Positions 18,468 through 29,221 of a stretch of 41,035 bases of DNA are shown here, piece by piece (position 1 is the first letter of the stretch; each line of letters begins with the position of its first letter). Source of the stretch: a virus (Duplodnaviria > Heunggongvirae > Uroviricota > Caudoviricetes); IMG/VR virus record IMGVR_UViG_2671181040_000013; one strand, 5' to 3'. The position numbers and the translations under genes are program-made. The notes beneath the pieces were generated by a model, which made no database searches, was not told where the DNA came from, and worked only from the letters and a program-made list of their open reading frames with translations.

Positions 18468-18925
18468 GCAGAGTCACCGCGATTATCTCCGCTTTGGTTA
18501 TCTGCATCATCGTCTGCCTGTCATGGGCTGTTAATCATTACCGTGATAACGCCATTACCTACAAAGCCCAGCGCGACAAAAATGCCAGAGAACTGAAGCT
18601 GGCGAACGCGGCAATTACTGACATGCAGCAGCGCCAGCGTGATGCTGATGCACTCGATGCTAAATACACCGGAGAACTAGCTGATGCGAAAAAGCAGCTT
18701 GATGATCTGCAGCGTTGTGTTCGCACTGGCAAGTGTGGGCTGCACTTCAATGCCCGATGTCCAGCGAGCGGAAAGACCGGCACCGGCAGCTTGGGCGATG
18801 CTTCCAGCCCCGGACTTACTGACTCCGCTGAACGGGATTATTTCACCCTCAGAGAGCGAATCGTCACAGTGACGAAGCAGGTCGGCTACTTGCAGGACTA
18901 CATCAAAGAGCAGTGTTCAAATTAG
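18464..18925 (+). CDS. Rz: i-spanin Rz
   Basis: N-terminus [55 protein letters not shown] matches lambda Rz from memory. Confidence 0.9.
   Translation: MSRVTAIISALVICIIVCLSWAVNHYRDNAITYKAQRDKNARELKLANAAITDMQQRQRDADALDAKYTGELADAKKQLDDLQRCVRTGKCGLHFNARCPASGKTGTGSLGDASSPGLTDSAERDYFTLRERIVTVTKQVGYLQDYIKEQCSN
18684..18872 (+). CDS. Rz1: o-spanin Rz1 lipoprotein, embedded in +1 frame within Rz
   Basis: 62-aa ORF fully inside Rz; lipobox-like SVGC; proline-rich; C-terminal [11 protein letters not shown] as in lambda Rz1. Confidence 0.8.
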   Translation: MRKSSLMICSVVFALASVGCTSMPDVQRAERPAPAAWAMLPAPDLLTPLNGIISPSESESSQ

Positions 18926-18983
18926 TGTTAATGAAGAATTTTAAGGGTAATATTATCTCTATTTCTCAGGATGGAGGTAATTT

Positions 18984-19391
18984 ATGCAGACCGATCTGGA
19001 ATACTTGAAGGGAATGTTAGGGGTCTTTATTAAGGCTGGCGGACCATTGATATCAGCTAATGACCTTAAAAAAGCTGGATACGAAATAAGCAGCGATAAA
19101 GGACTCTTTCATTACTACCAATTGATTGAGAGAGGTTATATCAGTAACCATTTTCTAGAAATAGGCGATCCTAAGAAATTAGGACTTACTATTGGGCTTA
19201 ATGAAATCCGTGAATGGCCAGCCAATGTAAGACTCACGTCATCAGGCCAAGAGTTTGCAGAAACCCTTCAACAAAAGGATGTTTTTGAGAAGCTAAAAAC
19301 AATTAGCGATCAACCATTATCGGTATTGAAAGATGTTGGTGTAGAGCTTCTAAAATCCTACGCAAAAAAGAAATTTGGTCTTTCAGATTAA
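18984..19391 (+). CDS. Hypothetical 135-aa protein, accessory gene after lysis cassette
   Basis: Strong GGAGG RBS; AT-rich; occupies the lysis-terminase position where lambda carries bor. Confidence 0.65.
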   Translation: MQTDLEYLKGMLGVFIKAGGPLISANDLKKAGYEISSDKGLFHYYQLIERGYISNHFLEIGDPKKLGLTIGLNEIREWPANVRLTSSGQEFAETLQQKDVFEKLKTISDQPLSVLKDVGVELLKSYAKKKFGLSD

Positions 19392-19771
19392 CTGCCTATG
19401 GGCGGTTTTTATTGCCATTACGATGATTCTCCCCATTGTGATGGCAGTATCCCCTACAGAGGATAATTAACCATATATCCCCACAAGCAGATAAAGAGGC
19501 TCTCAATGTCCGACATCTACCAAACCCAAACAGGCGAAACCTTTACGGGCAAGACGTCACGACGTCAGCCTGAGCTGGTTAATGGCTTTATGCAGCTGGC
19601 TACCGAGACGGGCGAGTAAATAACTCCATTAGGAGAATGTGGAACCATTACACTTTGAGCCGTTAACTGATATTGATAAAGGTAAATAATATCCTGGTTA
19701 AGGTTTTCTAATAGCCAGCCATTTGCAAAATCACAGTTACAGCAGCAGCGAAAGCTGCATATGAGTTATAT

Positions 19772-19981
19772 TTAGACTGTAACCGCGCAGTTAAGAAAAA
19801 TTCGTGAAGATCTACATTTTTTTTTGGGATCATCAAATGTAATTGCTACAACGGTGCTTCTACCTGTTTTGACTTTGGCTGTTGCTGATTTGATCCATAA
19901 CCCAGCCGATAAAAACCCAAAGAAAATCGATAGTGCATGATGGTCAATTAACCAGTTTTTAATTAGTAATAAATCACTCAT
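19772..19981 (-). CDS. Small (about 69 aa) single-TM membrane protein, accessory gene
   Basis: Minus-strand ORF in AT-rich DNA just upstream of terS; hydrophobic helix ALSIFFGFLSAGLWI; start chosen at MSDLLL, weak RBS. Confidence 0.45.
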   Translation of the reverse strand: MSDLLLIKNWLIDHHALSIFFGFLSAGLWIKSATAKVKTGRSTVVAITFDDPKKKCRSSRIFLNCAVTV

Positions 19982-20005
19982 TTTCAATCCAATTGAGACT
20001 TTGTC

Positions 20006-20557
20006 ATGGCACTCACCGACAAACAAGAGATGTTCTGTCGCGAGTACCTCATCGATTTAAACGCCACGCAAGCGGCTATTCGGGCGGGGTACAGCGCAAA
20101 GACAGCTAACCGTACCGCATCCGAAAACCTGTCAAAACCTGACATCAAGTTAAGAATCGCCGAACTGAAAGCGCAACGCAATGATCTTGTTGGTATTAAT
20201 GCAGAATATGTACTTAATCGCCTTATTGAAATCGACCAGATGGATGTGCTTGACATTCTCCTGCAAAACGGTGAGCTAAAACCCATTAAAGACTGGCCTA
20301 AGGTATGGCGCACAACGTTATCAGGAATGGATGTCGTGGAGATGGCATCCGCAGATAGCGCCGCACTTCTGAAGAAAATCAAATGGCCTGATAAGGTTAA
20401 AAACCTTGAGTTGCTCGGGCGTCATGTTTCTGTTCAGGCGTTTAAAGACAATGTCAAAAATGAAGTGACTGGTGCTGACGGAGGACCAGTCAGAACAGAA
20501 ATTACCAACTTAACGCCGGAGCAGGTTACAGAAGCGTATAAAAAAATGATGGGCTAA
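20006..20557 (+). CDS. terS: Terminase small subunit
   Basis: N-terminus [30 protein letters not shown] typical of small terminase; immediately upstream of large terminase. Confidence 0.8.
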   Translation: MALTDKQEMFCREYLIDLNATQAAIRAGYSAKTANRTASENLSKPDIKLRIAELKAQRNDLVGINAEYVLNRLIEIDQMDVLDILLQNGELKPIKDWPKVWRTTLSGMDVVEMASADSAALLKKIKWPDKVKNLELLGRHVSVQAFKDNVKNEVTGADGGPVRTEITNLTPEQVTEAYKKMMG

Positions 20558-20559
20558 GT

Positions 20560-22182
20560 ATGCCGTTACCATTTCCCTTCGATTTTAAACATCCTGATTA
20601 CCAGATGGTTTTTGAATGGCGGATGGAACGCCTACAGCGCATTCGCCAGAATCCTGAAATATTGCCCGTATTGAAGCAGTTTTACCGTACCAACCCAGCT
20701 CAGTTCATCATCGACTGGGGCATGACAACAGACCCGCGTAATATTGATTATGGCCTGCCGGTGACCATTCCGTTTTTACTCTTCCCTAAGCAGGAGGAGT
20801 GGATCCACTGGATTATGGAACGCTGGAGCAATCGGGAGAATGGTATTACCGAAAAATCCCGTGAAATGGGGCTCAGTTGGACCGCGATCGGACTGGCCTG
20901 CTCGCTTTGTCTCTTCAACAAAGAAATGGTTATCGGTTTTGGCTCCCGTAAAGAGGAATACGTCGACAGCACTGGTGACCCGAAAGCATTGTTCTGGAAG
21001 GCGCGCAAGTTCGTGGAAACGCTACCTGTAGAGTTTCGCGGTTCGTGGAGTGAGAAGAAGCACGCGCCATATATGCGTGTTGAGTTTCCTGAAACTGGTG
21101 CCGTTATCAAAGGCGAGGCTGGCGATAATATTGGTCGTGGTGACCGTACCACGCTTTATCTGGTTGATGAGGCTGCATTCCTTCAGCGTCCTCTGCTGAT
21201 TGATGCGGCGTTGTCACAAACGACGCGTTGCCGTATCGACCTGAGTTCAGTTAACGGCATGGCGAACCCGTTCGCTCAGAAGCGTCATGGCGGGAAGATA
21301 CCGGTATTCACATTCCACTGGCGGGATGATCCTCGCAAGGATGAAGAGTGGTATCGCAGGGAATGCGAGAAAATCGATAATCCGGTGGTGGTGGCACAGG
21401 AACTTGATCTGAACTACAGCGCATCAGCGGAAGGCGTCCTGATTCCATCCGAATGGGTACAGGCTGCCGTTGATGCGCATATCAAACTGGGTATCCAGCC
21501 AACAGGCAAACGACTTGGCGCGATGGATGTCGCCGACGAAGGCAGGGACAAAAATGCCTTTTCCACCCGTCATGGCTTCCTCCTGGAAAATGTGCGGGAA
21601 TGGTCCGGTGTGGGCAGCGACATTTATCAGTCCGTCGAGAAGGTTTTCGGCTTTTGCGAACAGGATAACCTCGAAGAGTTTCGCTTTGACGAGGACGGGC
21701 TGGGCGCTGGCGTTCGCGGCGATGCACGCGCTATCAACGAACTGCGTAACGCTGCGCGTCGACCGTCAATACTCGCCACACCGTTTCGAGGTAGTGGCGC
21801 GGTATTTGATCCGGATGATGAAGCTGTTCGCGGGGACAACGGGCAAGCCGCACGTCTGAACAAGGACTTCTTCGCTAACGCCAAAGCCCAAAGCTGGTGG
21901 CGGTTACGTAAACTTTTTCAGAATACCTGGCGCGCCGTGGTTGAAGGTATGGCTTACAACCCGGACGAAATCATCTCAATCAGCAGTAGCATGGCACTCA
22001 AAGATAAACTCATCATCGAGCTTTCGCAGCCGACCTATTCCATTAATGGTGTGGGAAAAATCGTTATTGATAAACAGCCTGATGGGACCCGGTCGCCAAA
22101 TCTTGCCGACTCGGTGATGATCAACTATGCCCCAATGAATTCAGCCCTGAACATCTGGGAGTTGCTAGGGAGACAGGCCTGA
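20560..22182 (+). CDS. terL: Terminase large subunit
   Basis: 540 aa; Walker B-like LYLVDEAAF; position between terS and portal. Confidence 0.85.
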   Translation: MPLPFPFDFKHPDYQMVFEWRMERLQRIRQNPEILPVLKQFYRTNPAQFIIDWGMTTDPRNIDYGLPVTIPFLLFPKQEEWIHWIMERWSNRENGITEKSREMGLSWTAIGLACSLCLFNKEMVIGFGSRKEEYVDSTGDPKALFWKARKFVETLPVEFRGSWSEKKHAPYMRVEFPETGAVIKGEAGDNIGRGDRTTLYLVDEAAFLQRPLLIDAALSQTTRCRIDLSSVNGMANPFAQKRHGGKIPVFTFHWRDDPRKDEEWYRRECEKIDNPVVVAQELDLNYSASAEGVLIPSEWVQAAVDAHIKLGIQPTGKRLGAMDVADEGRDKNAFSTRHGFLLENVREWSGVGSDIYQSVEKVFGFCEQDNLEEFRFDEDGLGAGVRGDARAINELRNAARRPSILATPFRGSGAVFDPDDEAVRGDNGQAARLNKDFFANAKAQSWWRLRKLFQNTWRAVVEGMAYNPDEIISISSSMALKDKLIIELSQPTYSINGVGKIVIDKQPDGTRSPNLADSVMINYAPMNSALNIWELLGRQA

Positions 22183-23648
22183 TGGCACGAAACAAACAAG
22201 CCCTGCGGCGAACTGCGCAGGCCACAGCTGATGGTTATGAGAATTTTATCGCCCGCGTAGGGATGCAGACACCTAACCAGCACTCAGCATCCACCTACCG
22301 GGCTAATTTCACCAGTCGTAACCGCATGCTGGTGGAATGGTCCTATCGTTCTTCCTGGATCATCGGCGAAGCAGTCGATGCTATCCCGGATGATATGACC
22401 CGCAAAGGCATTCGCATCACTTCGGAAATTGATGCAAAAGATCGTGGCATTCTCGAATCACAACTGGATGAGTTGCAAATCTGGGATGCGCTGAATGACG
22501 TGCTGAAATGGTCGCGCCTCTACGGCGGCGCGGTGGGTTTCATCATGATTGAGGGGCAGGCACCAATGACCCCGCTGCGACCCGAAACCATCGGTAAGGG
22601 CAAGTTTAAGGGGATTCTCCCGCTCGACCGCTGGATGATTGACCCGGTACTGACCCGCCGCATTAAAGATATGGGGCCGGACCTGGGTAAACCTGAGTTT
22701 TATGATGTGGTGACCACAGCAACGGGAATTCCTGCCTGGCGCATTCATCACAGTCGCCTGATTCGCTTTGATGGCGTCACGCTGCCATTTCAGCAGAAGA
22801 TGACCGAGAACGAATGGGGAATGTCGGTTGTAGAGCGTATCTGGGATCGTCTTACCGCGTTCGACAGCGCTACTGTCGGCGCGGCGCAGCTGGTCTACAA
22901 AGCGCATTTGCGTACCTACAGCGTGGAGAAGCTACGCGAGCTTATCGCACTTGGTGGTCCTGCGTATGAAGCGTTGCTGAAGAATATCGACCTGATTCGA
23001 CAGTTCCAGAGCAATGAAGGCATGACGCTCATGGACTCGCGGGATAAGTTTGAAACGCATCAGTACAGCTTCAGTGGTCTGGATGACATCCTATCACAGT
23101 TTGCAGAACAGATTAGTGGCGCTGTTGGTATCCCACTGGTGCGGTTGTTCGGACAGTCCCCGAAAGGATTTTCTACCGGTGATGCAGACCTTGCCAACTA
23201 TTACGACCGCATCAGTTCGTTGCAGGAGAGACGTTTACGTCTTCCGGTGCGGCGGATACTGGACATCATGCATCGTTCGGAACTTGGCAAGCCGCTCCCG
23301 GATGATTTCACGTTTGAGTTTAACCCGCTCTGGCAAATGTCTGATGTCGATCGCTCAACGGTGGCGTTAAATACCACCAACGCAATCAGTACAGCGCTGG
23401 GTGATGGTCTGATGACACTGAAAGCTGCTATGACTGATTTGCGCGAAAATTCTGACGTAACCGGCATCGGGGCATCCATTACCGACGAGGACATCGAGAA
23501 TGCCGAAGACGAAGCGCCGCCCGGCATCGGCGAACCTGATGACGAACCGCAGGAACCGTCAGGCGGAAATCCGCTATCGAACCAGCCTACGCAGGATAGC
23601 GCGGGCGGTCGGAGACATCGTAAATGGTCACTACGATGGTTCAAATGA
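22182..23648 (+). CDS. Portal protein
   Basis: 488 aa following terL with overlapping stop/start (TGATG); acidic C-terminal tail. Confidence 0.8.
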   Translation: MARNKQALRRTAQATADGYENFIARVGMQTPNQHSASTYRANFTSRNRMLVEWSYRSSWIIGEAVDAIPDDMTRKGIRITSEIDAKDRGILESQLDELQIWDALNDVLKWSRLYGGAVGFIMIEGQAPMTPLRPETIGKGKFKGILPLDRWMIDPVLTRRIKDMGPDLGKPEFYDVVTTATGIPAWRIHHSRLIRFDGVTLPFQQKMTENEWGMSVVERIWDRLTAFDSATVGAAQLVYKAHLRTYSVEKLRELIALGGPAYEALLKNIDLIRQFQSNEGMTLMDSRDKFETHQYSFSGLDDILSQFAEQISGAVGIPLVRLFGQSPKGFSTGDADLANYYDRISSLQERRLRLPVRRILDIMHRSELGKPLPDDFTFEFNPLWQMSDVDRSTVALNTTNAISTALGDGLMTLKAAMTDLRENSDVTGIGASITDEDIENAEDEAPPGIGEPDDEPQEPSGGNPLSNQPTQDSAGGRRHRKWSLRWFK

Positions 23649-24273
23649 CAGTATCACGGAAATTATTGCGGCGCTGGAGCGCTACAGTGAAATCATCACC
23701 CCCTGGGCGACAAAGGTCGCGGAAAACTTTACCGCCGATATTGTGCGCAAGAATGATGAGCAGTGGCGTAAACACAGCAAAACCATCAGCCGTGAGCTAC
23801 GCAATCTGGTAAACAGTGCCCCTCCAGGCCAGGTGATGAAATCCATCGTCGCTGAACAGGTCAAGTACATCAAATCGCTACCCCTCGAGGCGGCTGACAG
23901 GGTGTACGACATCCAGAATCGGGCGACAGAAGCTGTTGTGACCGGTGGGAGAGCAGAACATTTTGCTAAAGAAATAGCCGCATCGGGTGATATAGCAAAG
24001 TCCAGAGCTGACCTGATTGCCCGTACTGAACTTGGACGTGCAACCGGCGCGCTGGATCAGGCGCGTGCGCTGTCAATTGGTTCGAATGGTTATATCTGGC
24101 GTACAGCCGAAGATGGTGACGTCAGGCATTCTCATCGGGAAATGGAAGGTAAATTTGTCGAATGGGGCAAACCTCCAACGCTTGATGGCATGACCGGTCA
24201 CGCTGGCGAGCTCCCGAATTGTCGCTGTTATAAAGAAATCGTTTTTCCCACCTCCCATTCTTATCCCGCCTGA
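23500..24273 (+). CDS. Head morphogenesis protein (Mu F / SPP1 gp7-like)
   Basis: C-terminal region RTELGRA...DVRHSHREMEGKF...PNCRCY resembles this family; start uncertain (23500 or 23539), overlaps portal 3' end. Confidence 0.7.
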   Translation: MPKTKRRPASANLMTNRRNRQAEIRYRTSLRRIARAVGDIVNGHYDGSNDSITEIIAALERYSEIITPWATKVAENFTADIVRKNDEQWRKHSKTISRELRNLVNSAPPGQVMKSIVAEQVKYIKSLPLEAADRVYDIQNRATEAVVTGGRAEHFAKEIAASGDIAKSRADLIARTELGRATGALDQARALSIGSNGYIWRTAEDGDVRHSHREMEGKFVEWGKPPTLDGMTGHAGELPNCRCYKEIVFPTSHSYPA

Positions 24274-24287
24274 ATCGCAGGTAACAC

Positions 24288-25508
24288 ATGAAATATTTTT
24301 TCAATACCCGGCTGGGGGAAACCCGCTATCAGCTGGCTGACGGCTCGTTGCTGTGCAGAGACGTGCCGATAGGACGAACAGGTAAGCAGCTCTATGGTGC
24401 TGATGACCTGCCAAAACTGAAACCCGATAAGTTCGGTGAAATAGTCGTCACGCGTTCTCCTGAGCAGGTATTCCATCCGGCCACGCTTGCCTCATTCGAA
24501 GGGATGAGCATCACGATTCTGCATCCTGAAGATGAAAACGGGAATGTGCGGCTGGTAAATCCCGAGAACTGGAAAGAGCTTGCTGTCGGGCACCTCCAGA
24601 ATGTCCGGCGCGGGACGGGTGAGCAGTCTGATTTGATGCTGGCTGACCTTATCGTCAAAGACGAAAACGCCATTCAGCTTATCGAAGATGGCCTGCGCGA
24701 AGTGTCGTGCGGCTATGACGCGGAGTACGAGCAGACCGAGCCAGGTAAAGCCGGGCAGGTCGATATTACCGGAAACCATGTGGCTCTTGTCCCTAAAGGC
24801 AGAGCCGGAAATCGTTGTGCAATTGGAGACAGAGACACAATGGCAAATCAAAAGAAAAACTGGTGGAACCGCATGCGTGCGGCCATCAAAACGGGTGACG
24901 CTGACACCATGAACGAACTGGTGGAGTCGGCTCCCGCATCGGTTACAGGAGATGAGGGGGATTTGCCGCAGGGCGTTAATCTCAACATCAACCTGTCCCC
25001 GCAGCAACCACTACCGGACAAAGCACCAGAGATGGGTGGAGGTCCAACCGGCGACAGTGATGATGACCTCAAAACATTACTGAAAGCCCTGCTGGCTAAG
25101 CTGGAAGGAAATGCCACGGGCGATAACGATAATAAGCCTGACGATAATCCGACCGGTGACGGCGAGGACGATGAAGAGGAAACCACGATTACTGGTGACT
25201 CAGCCTGGCGTGCCGAAGTTATCGTTCCGGGTATCGATCTGAGCCGTAAGATGAAACCGACCGAGTTCAAACGCGAGGTTCTGGCTTCCGCAGATAAAAC
25301 GCTGGTTCGCCAGATCGTCGGTGATGCGGATATCCGCAAATTGCCGAAACAATCGGTCGACATGGCGTTTAATGCCGTGTCTGAGATTGCCAAAGGGCGA
25401 AACACCCGCGCCACCACCGGCGATGCACAGCGCCTAAACATGGGCATGACCAGTATCGCTTCCCTGAACAAACAAAACGCTGAATTCTGGGCAAACCGTA
25501 AAGGGTAA
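24288..25508 (+). CDS. Putative scaffolding / prohead protein (DUF2213-like) with acidic low-complexity linker
   Basis: 406 aa upstream of capsid gene; Asp/Glu/Gly-rich segment; position-based call. Confidence 0.5.
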   Translation: MKYFFNTRLGETRYQLADGSLLCRDVPIGRTGKQLYGADDLPKLKPDKFGEIVVTRSPEQVFHPATLASFEGMSITILHPEDENGNVRLVNPENWKELAVGHLQNVRRGTGEQSDLMLADLIVKDENAIQLIEDGLREVSCGYDAEYEQTEPGKAGQVDITGNHVALVPKGRAGNRCAIGDRDTMANQKKNWWNRMRAAIKTGDADTMNELVESAPASVTGDEGDLPQGVNLNINLSPQQPLPDKAPEMGGGPTGDSDDDLKTLLKALLAKLEGNATGDNDNKPDDNPTGDGEDDEEETTITGDSAWRAEVIVPGIDLSRKMKPTEFKREVLASADKTLVRQIVGDADIRKLPKQSVDMAFNAVSEIAKGRNTRATTGDAQRLNMGMTSIASLNKQNAEFWANRKG

Positions 25509-25511
25509 AAA

Positions 25512-26018
25512 ATGAATAATGTATTTCTGTACCGGATGCCTGTTGGCATTGCCGGGGCTGTCTCTCGCCCGCAGGACTTAACCGTCGAACCGGTGGTCCT
25601 TAAATCCGATAACGCCTTCGCTGCCTATGGCCTGGCTGGTAAATACGATGATGACGGTTTTTTCGTGCCGCTGGCAGATGGTGATACCGCAGACAAGGTG
25701 AAGGGGATCTACGTGCGCCCTTATCCGACCACGTCGCAGCCGGACATGGTTCGCCAGGTGGGAACAGGCAAGAACTTCCCGGGCGACGCCATGAAGCGTG
25801 GCTACGTGACTGTTAATCTCGGTTCTGATTTTGATGCCAGCACCATCAAAAAAGGCGACCCGGTATACGTTGTCGTCTCCACTGATGAATCCATCAAAGT
25901 GCCGCTGGGTGGATTCATGTCCACGTCAGTCAGTGGCAAAAATGTGGTGCTGACCAACGCTGAATTCACAGGTGCCGGTGATGCTGACGGCAATGCAGAA
26001 ATTTCCTGGAAGATTTAA
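25512..26018 (+). CDS. Putative head decoration / structural protein
   Basis: 168 aa between scaffold-like and capsid genes; position-based. Confidence 0.45.
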   Translation: MNNVFLYRMPVGIAGAVSRPQDLTVEPVVLKSDNAFAAYGLAGKYDDDGFFVPLADGDTADKVKGIYVRPYPTTSQPDMVRQVGTGKNFPGDAMKRGYVTVNLGSDFDASTIKKGDPVYVVVSTDESIKVPLGGFMSTSVSGKNVVLTNAEFTGAGDADGNAEISWKI

Positions 26019-26029
26019 GGAACAGACGA

Positions 26030-26971
26030 ATGATTACTTTTGATCAGGCAACCGTTGACAGCTCTGGTGCCTTTCTCATCGGGGAGCTGGAGCGACTCGA
26101 CCAGACGCTGAACCTGCCACTGGTGGGGTACACCTGGACCCGCGATATTCAGTTGCGTGAAGATGTCTCTATCGCAGATGACATTTCCAGCTGGACGAAT
26201 ACCAGCTTCGCCGCTGCGGGTACTGGTGCAAATCCGAATGGCAAAAACTGGGTAGGCAAAGACTCAACCGCTATTGCTGGCGTGAACGTGGATACCGGCA
26301 AATCCGGTAACCCGCTGAACCTGTGGGGGATGGAACTTGGCTGGACGGTCATAGAATTGCAGGCTGCTCAGCAGGTCGGCCGCCCGATTGATACGCAGAA
26401 GTATGACGGTATGCAACTGAAATGGCAGATGGATAACGATGAACAGGTATATGTTGGCGATTCCGCATTAAACCTGAAAGGCCTTGTTACCCTGGACGGC
26501 GTGCCTGTCAACAACGCTGCCAAAACGTGGGCAACTTCAACACCGGACGAAATCCGCGCAAGCATTAACCAGGTGCTGTCTGATGCGTGGGCCGCTTCCG
26601 GTTACTCTGTGGTTCCGCGTGATTTGCTGATCCCGCCTGAGCAGTTTGCTCTGTTGTCCAGCATCATCGTTTCATCTGCGGGTAACCAGTCCCTGTTGAC
26701 GTATCTTCAGACCAACACCATCAGCTATCACCAGAACGGTGTTCCGCTGAATATCCGCGCGGTTAAATGGCTGAAAGGCCGTGGTGTGGGGAAAAAGGAT
26801 CGCATGGTTGCGTACACCAACGATAAAAAATACGTCCGCTACCCGCTGGTTCCGCTTCAGAGCGTGCCGGTGCAGTATCGCGGTCTGTATCAGATCGTCA
26901 CTTACTACGGCAAGCTGGGTGCGGTTGAGCCAGTGTATAAAGAAACTCTGTCCTATGTGGACGGTATCTGA
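26030..26971 (+). CDS. Major capsid protein (putative)
   Basis: 313 aa in canonical position after scaffold/decoration genes; call by synteny. Confidence 0.65.
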   Translation: MITFDQATVDSSGAFLIGELERLDQTLNLPLVGYTWTRDIQLREDVSIADDISSWTNTSFAAAGTGANPNGKNWVGKDSTAIAGVNVDTGKSGNPLNLWGMELGWTVIELQAAQQVGRPIDTQKYDGMQLKWQMDNDEQVYVGDSALNLKGLVTLDGVPVNNAAKTWATSTPDEIRASINQVLSDAWAASGYSVVPRDLLIPPEQFALLSSIIVSSAGNQSLLTYLQTNTISYHQNGVPLNIRAVKWLKGRGVGKKDRMVAYTNDKKYVRYPLVPLQSVPVQYRGLYQIVTYYGKLGAVEPVYKETLSYVDGI

Positions 26972-27011
26972 TAACCAGAATGGCCCCGAAAGGGGCCTGA
27001 AGGAAACTGAA

Positions 27012-27380
27012 ATGGCGAAAGAAAAGCTGGTTACCATCCATGTTCACACCCCGTTTACGCTGACGCTCGGCGATCAGTCAAAACAGGAGTTTGGCCGGGG
27101 ACGACATAACGTACCGGAAGAAGTCGCGTCGCACTGGTTCACCCAGGCGCACTCTGAGTTTTCCGAAAGCGTGATTAGCGACACCGATGATCTGCAACCC
27201 ATTATCGACGGCCTGCAAGCGCAGATTGCCGACAAAGATAAGCTGATTGCCGATCTGAAAGATGCATTGCTCAAACTGCAGGAGCAGAACGACAGCCTGC
27301 AGGCGCAAATTACTGCCGCCCGGGCTGGCGGTAATGGGGCTAAAGATGTCAAAGAATCAAAGTCTGCCAGCGGTAAGTGA
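27012..27380 (+). CDS. Hypothetical head-associated protein with coiled-coil C-terminus
   Basis: Start MAKEK with AAGGAA RBS; heptad-like [25 protein letters not shown]. Confidence 0.5.
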   Translation: MAKEKLVTIHVHTPFTLTLGDQSKQEFGRGRHNVPEEVASHWFTQAHSEFSESVISDTDDLQPIIDGLQAQIADKDKLIADLKDALLKLQEQNDSLQAQITAARAGGNGAKDVKESKSASGK

Positions 27381-27753
27381 TTTTCGCCGCGACTTCCCGC
27401 AGTTTGCTGACCCGGCAAAATATCCCGACGCCCAAATCGGGTTCCGTCTGAATCTGGCCGATGAACTGCTGACCGAAAACGTCACCGGCAAAAAGTTGTT
27501 TCCGTACTTTGCCGGGTTGTTCGTTGCGCACTACATGACGCTCTGGGCGGCAGACAGCAGAGCGATGCTGGCTGGTGGTCCGGGCGGTTCAACCAATGGT
27601 GTTCAGTCCTCAAAGTCCGTTGACAAGGTAAGCGTCAGCTATGACACCAGCGCGACGCTGAATCCTGATGCAGGTTTCTGGAATAACACCCGATATGGCG
27701 CTGAATTTTATCAGTTGATCACGATGTTCGGTGCAGGCGGTCGCCAGCTATGA
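27346..27753 (+). CDS. Putative head-tail connector / completion protein
   Basis: ORF overlapping neighbours in late operon; start at MSKNQSLP. Confidence 0.5.
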   Translation: MSKNQSLPAVSDFRRDFPQFADPAKYPDAQIGFRLNLADELLTENVTGKKLFPYFAGLFVAHYMTLWAADSRAMLAGGPGGSTNGVQSSKSVDKVSVSYDTSATLNPDAGFWNNTRYGAEFYQLITMFGAGGRQL

Positions 27754-28304
27754 GTTTCAAAAGCGGTGTAACAACGAGGGTGGATAACGCTAAGGCCATT
27801 CTGGATGCGCTCAGGTCGTTAACCAAAAAAGATGTGCTGGTCGGCATCCCTTCGGAAGACAGCGAGCGGGATGATGTTCCGTTTGGTAATGCGGGCATCG
27901 GTTACCTCAACGAATACGGCTCACCAGAGCAGAACATCCCGCCACGACCTCACCTGGTCCCCGGCGTTAAATCGGCAGAAGAGCAGACGGTGCCGCAGCT
28001 TAAAACCGCGGCGCAGGCTGCACTTGATGGTAATGCTGCGGGAGCAGAAAGTGCACTCAACCGTGCCGGAACGCTGGCCGTTAATGGCGTCAGGCGTTAC
28101 ATGACCATTACCGGCTTTACGCCGCTTGCTGACAGTACTGTTGAAGCCCGGGCTCGTCGGGGGCGCAAGGGGGCAACACTGGAACTTGCCCGGCGTGCTG
28201 CTGGCGAATCTCCGGGAACCGAACTGGCGAAACCATTAATTGACACTGGGCAATATCGCAGAGCGATTACCCATGTTGTGAGGGATAAAAATGCCGACTC
28301 TTGA
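27750..28304 (+). CDS. Hypothetical head-tail joining protein
   Basis: 184 aa, ATGA overlap with upstream gene. Confidence 0.55.
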   Translation: MSFKSGVTTRVDNAKAILDALRSLTKKDVLVGIPSEDSERDDVPFGNAGIGYLNEYGSPEQNIPPRPHLVPGVKSAEEQTVPQLKTAAQAALDGNAAGAESALNRAGTLAVNGVRRYMTITGFTPLADSTVEARARRGRKGATLELARRAAGESPGTELAKPLIDTGQYRRAITHVVRDKNADS

Positions 28305-28680
28305 TGTAACAGATGTGCTTTTTGACCCCGATTTTTGCGACTTCAATTTGTGGGTAACACGCCGTGTGCAAACGGTGGATGAGGACGGGATCGGCTGCGA
28401 CAGCGAAGTTAAAAAGCAGTTTGCCGGAGTCGTAACTGTTGATCGCTCTCTGGAAAACCGTCGTATGCAGGCCGGGCAGGTAATCAGTGGTGCAATTCTG
28501 ATTGTGACGACTGAGCGACTGACACAGGGACAGACTGGCCGTGATGCCGATATCGTGACGTATCAGGGCCGTGATTATCGTGTGACTTTCGTCGACCCGT
28601 ATACAACGTATGGTGCCGGATTCGTTCAGGCGCATTGTGAGTTGCTGCCGTTTGATGGGGGAATTCCGGTTGAGCAATAA
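28291..28680 (+). CDS. Hypothetical neck / tail completion protein
   Basis: 129 aa, overlapping start within late operon. Confidence 0.55.
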   Translation: MPTLDVTDVLFDPDFCDFNLWVTRRVQTVDEDGIGCDSEVKKQFAGVVTVDRSLENRRMQAGQVISGAILIVTTERLTQGQTGRDADIVTYQGRDYRVTFVDPYTTYGAGFVQAHCELLPFDGGIPVEQ

Positions 28681-29218
28681 CACCAGCACAGAGCGCGGAT
28701 GGCTGATACCAACCAGTGGCGATCCGGATTATGACGAAGCGCTCGACAGGCTGTTAAGCCAGTGGATGCGTAACGTTTCCGGTCTGTCTGCCGGGATGGT
28801 TCGTCCGCGCTGGCAGAAAGAGCAACCGCCACTGCTACCGGCTGAAACGAACTGGTGTGCGTTTGGGGTTATCGGATGGTCAGGTGATGACAGTCCGGCA
28901 TTCACCAGACATACCGATGATGGCTCTCAGCTCTGGCGGCATGAAACGATTGAGTGTATGGCTTCGTTTTATGGTCCGGCGGGGATGGTGTATGCGTCCC
29001 GGTTTCGTGACGGTATATCTGTACCGCAGAACAACGCAGCACTGAATGCGCTGGGGCTGTCTCTTGGCGATTACACAGGTCTGACTCCCTTCCCTGAACT
29101 TATTAATCAGCAATGGGTCCGCCGCTACGATATGACGGTGCGTCTGCGCCGGAAGGTTGTGCGCGAGTACGGTATTAAATCGCTGGTGGAAGCACCAGTC
29201 ATCTTTTTCGGAGATTAA
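28655..29218 (+). CDS. Hypothetical tail-associated protein
   Basis: About 187 aa; start at ATG 28655 overlapping upstream gene. Confidence 0.5.
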   Translation: MGEFRLSNNTSTERGWLIPTSGDPDYDEALDRLLSQWMRNVSGLSAGMVRPRWQKEQPPLLPAETNWCAFGVIGWSGDDSPAFTRHTDDGSQLWRHETIECMASFYGPAGMVYASRFRDGISVPQNNAALNALGLSLGDYTGLTPFPELINQQWVRRYDMTVRLRRKVVREYGIKSLVEAPVIFFGD

Positions 29219-29221
29219 GCT

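Noticed and set aside
19414-19446. Imperfect inverted repeat (TGCCATTACGATG ... CATTGTGATGGCA) after the 135-aa accessory gene
   Set aside because: Long loop, mismatched stem and no adjacent U-run on either strand; not convincing as a terminator, and function as a pac site or regulatory site cannot be assessed from sequence alone.
24848-25549. 233-aa antisense ORF across the scaffold-like gene (and similar antisense or alternative-frame ORFs at 20748-21152, 31489-31800 and 32705-33073)
   Set aside because: Overlap stronger co-directional structural genes in an operon with coupled starts; Ser/Pro/Arg-rich composition consistent with chance open frames.
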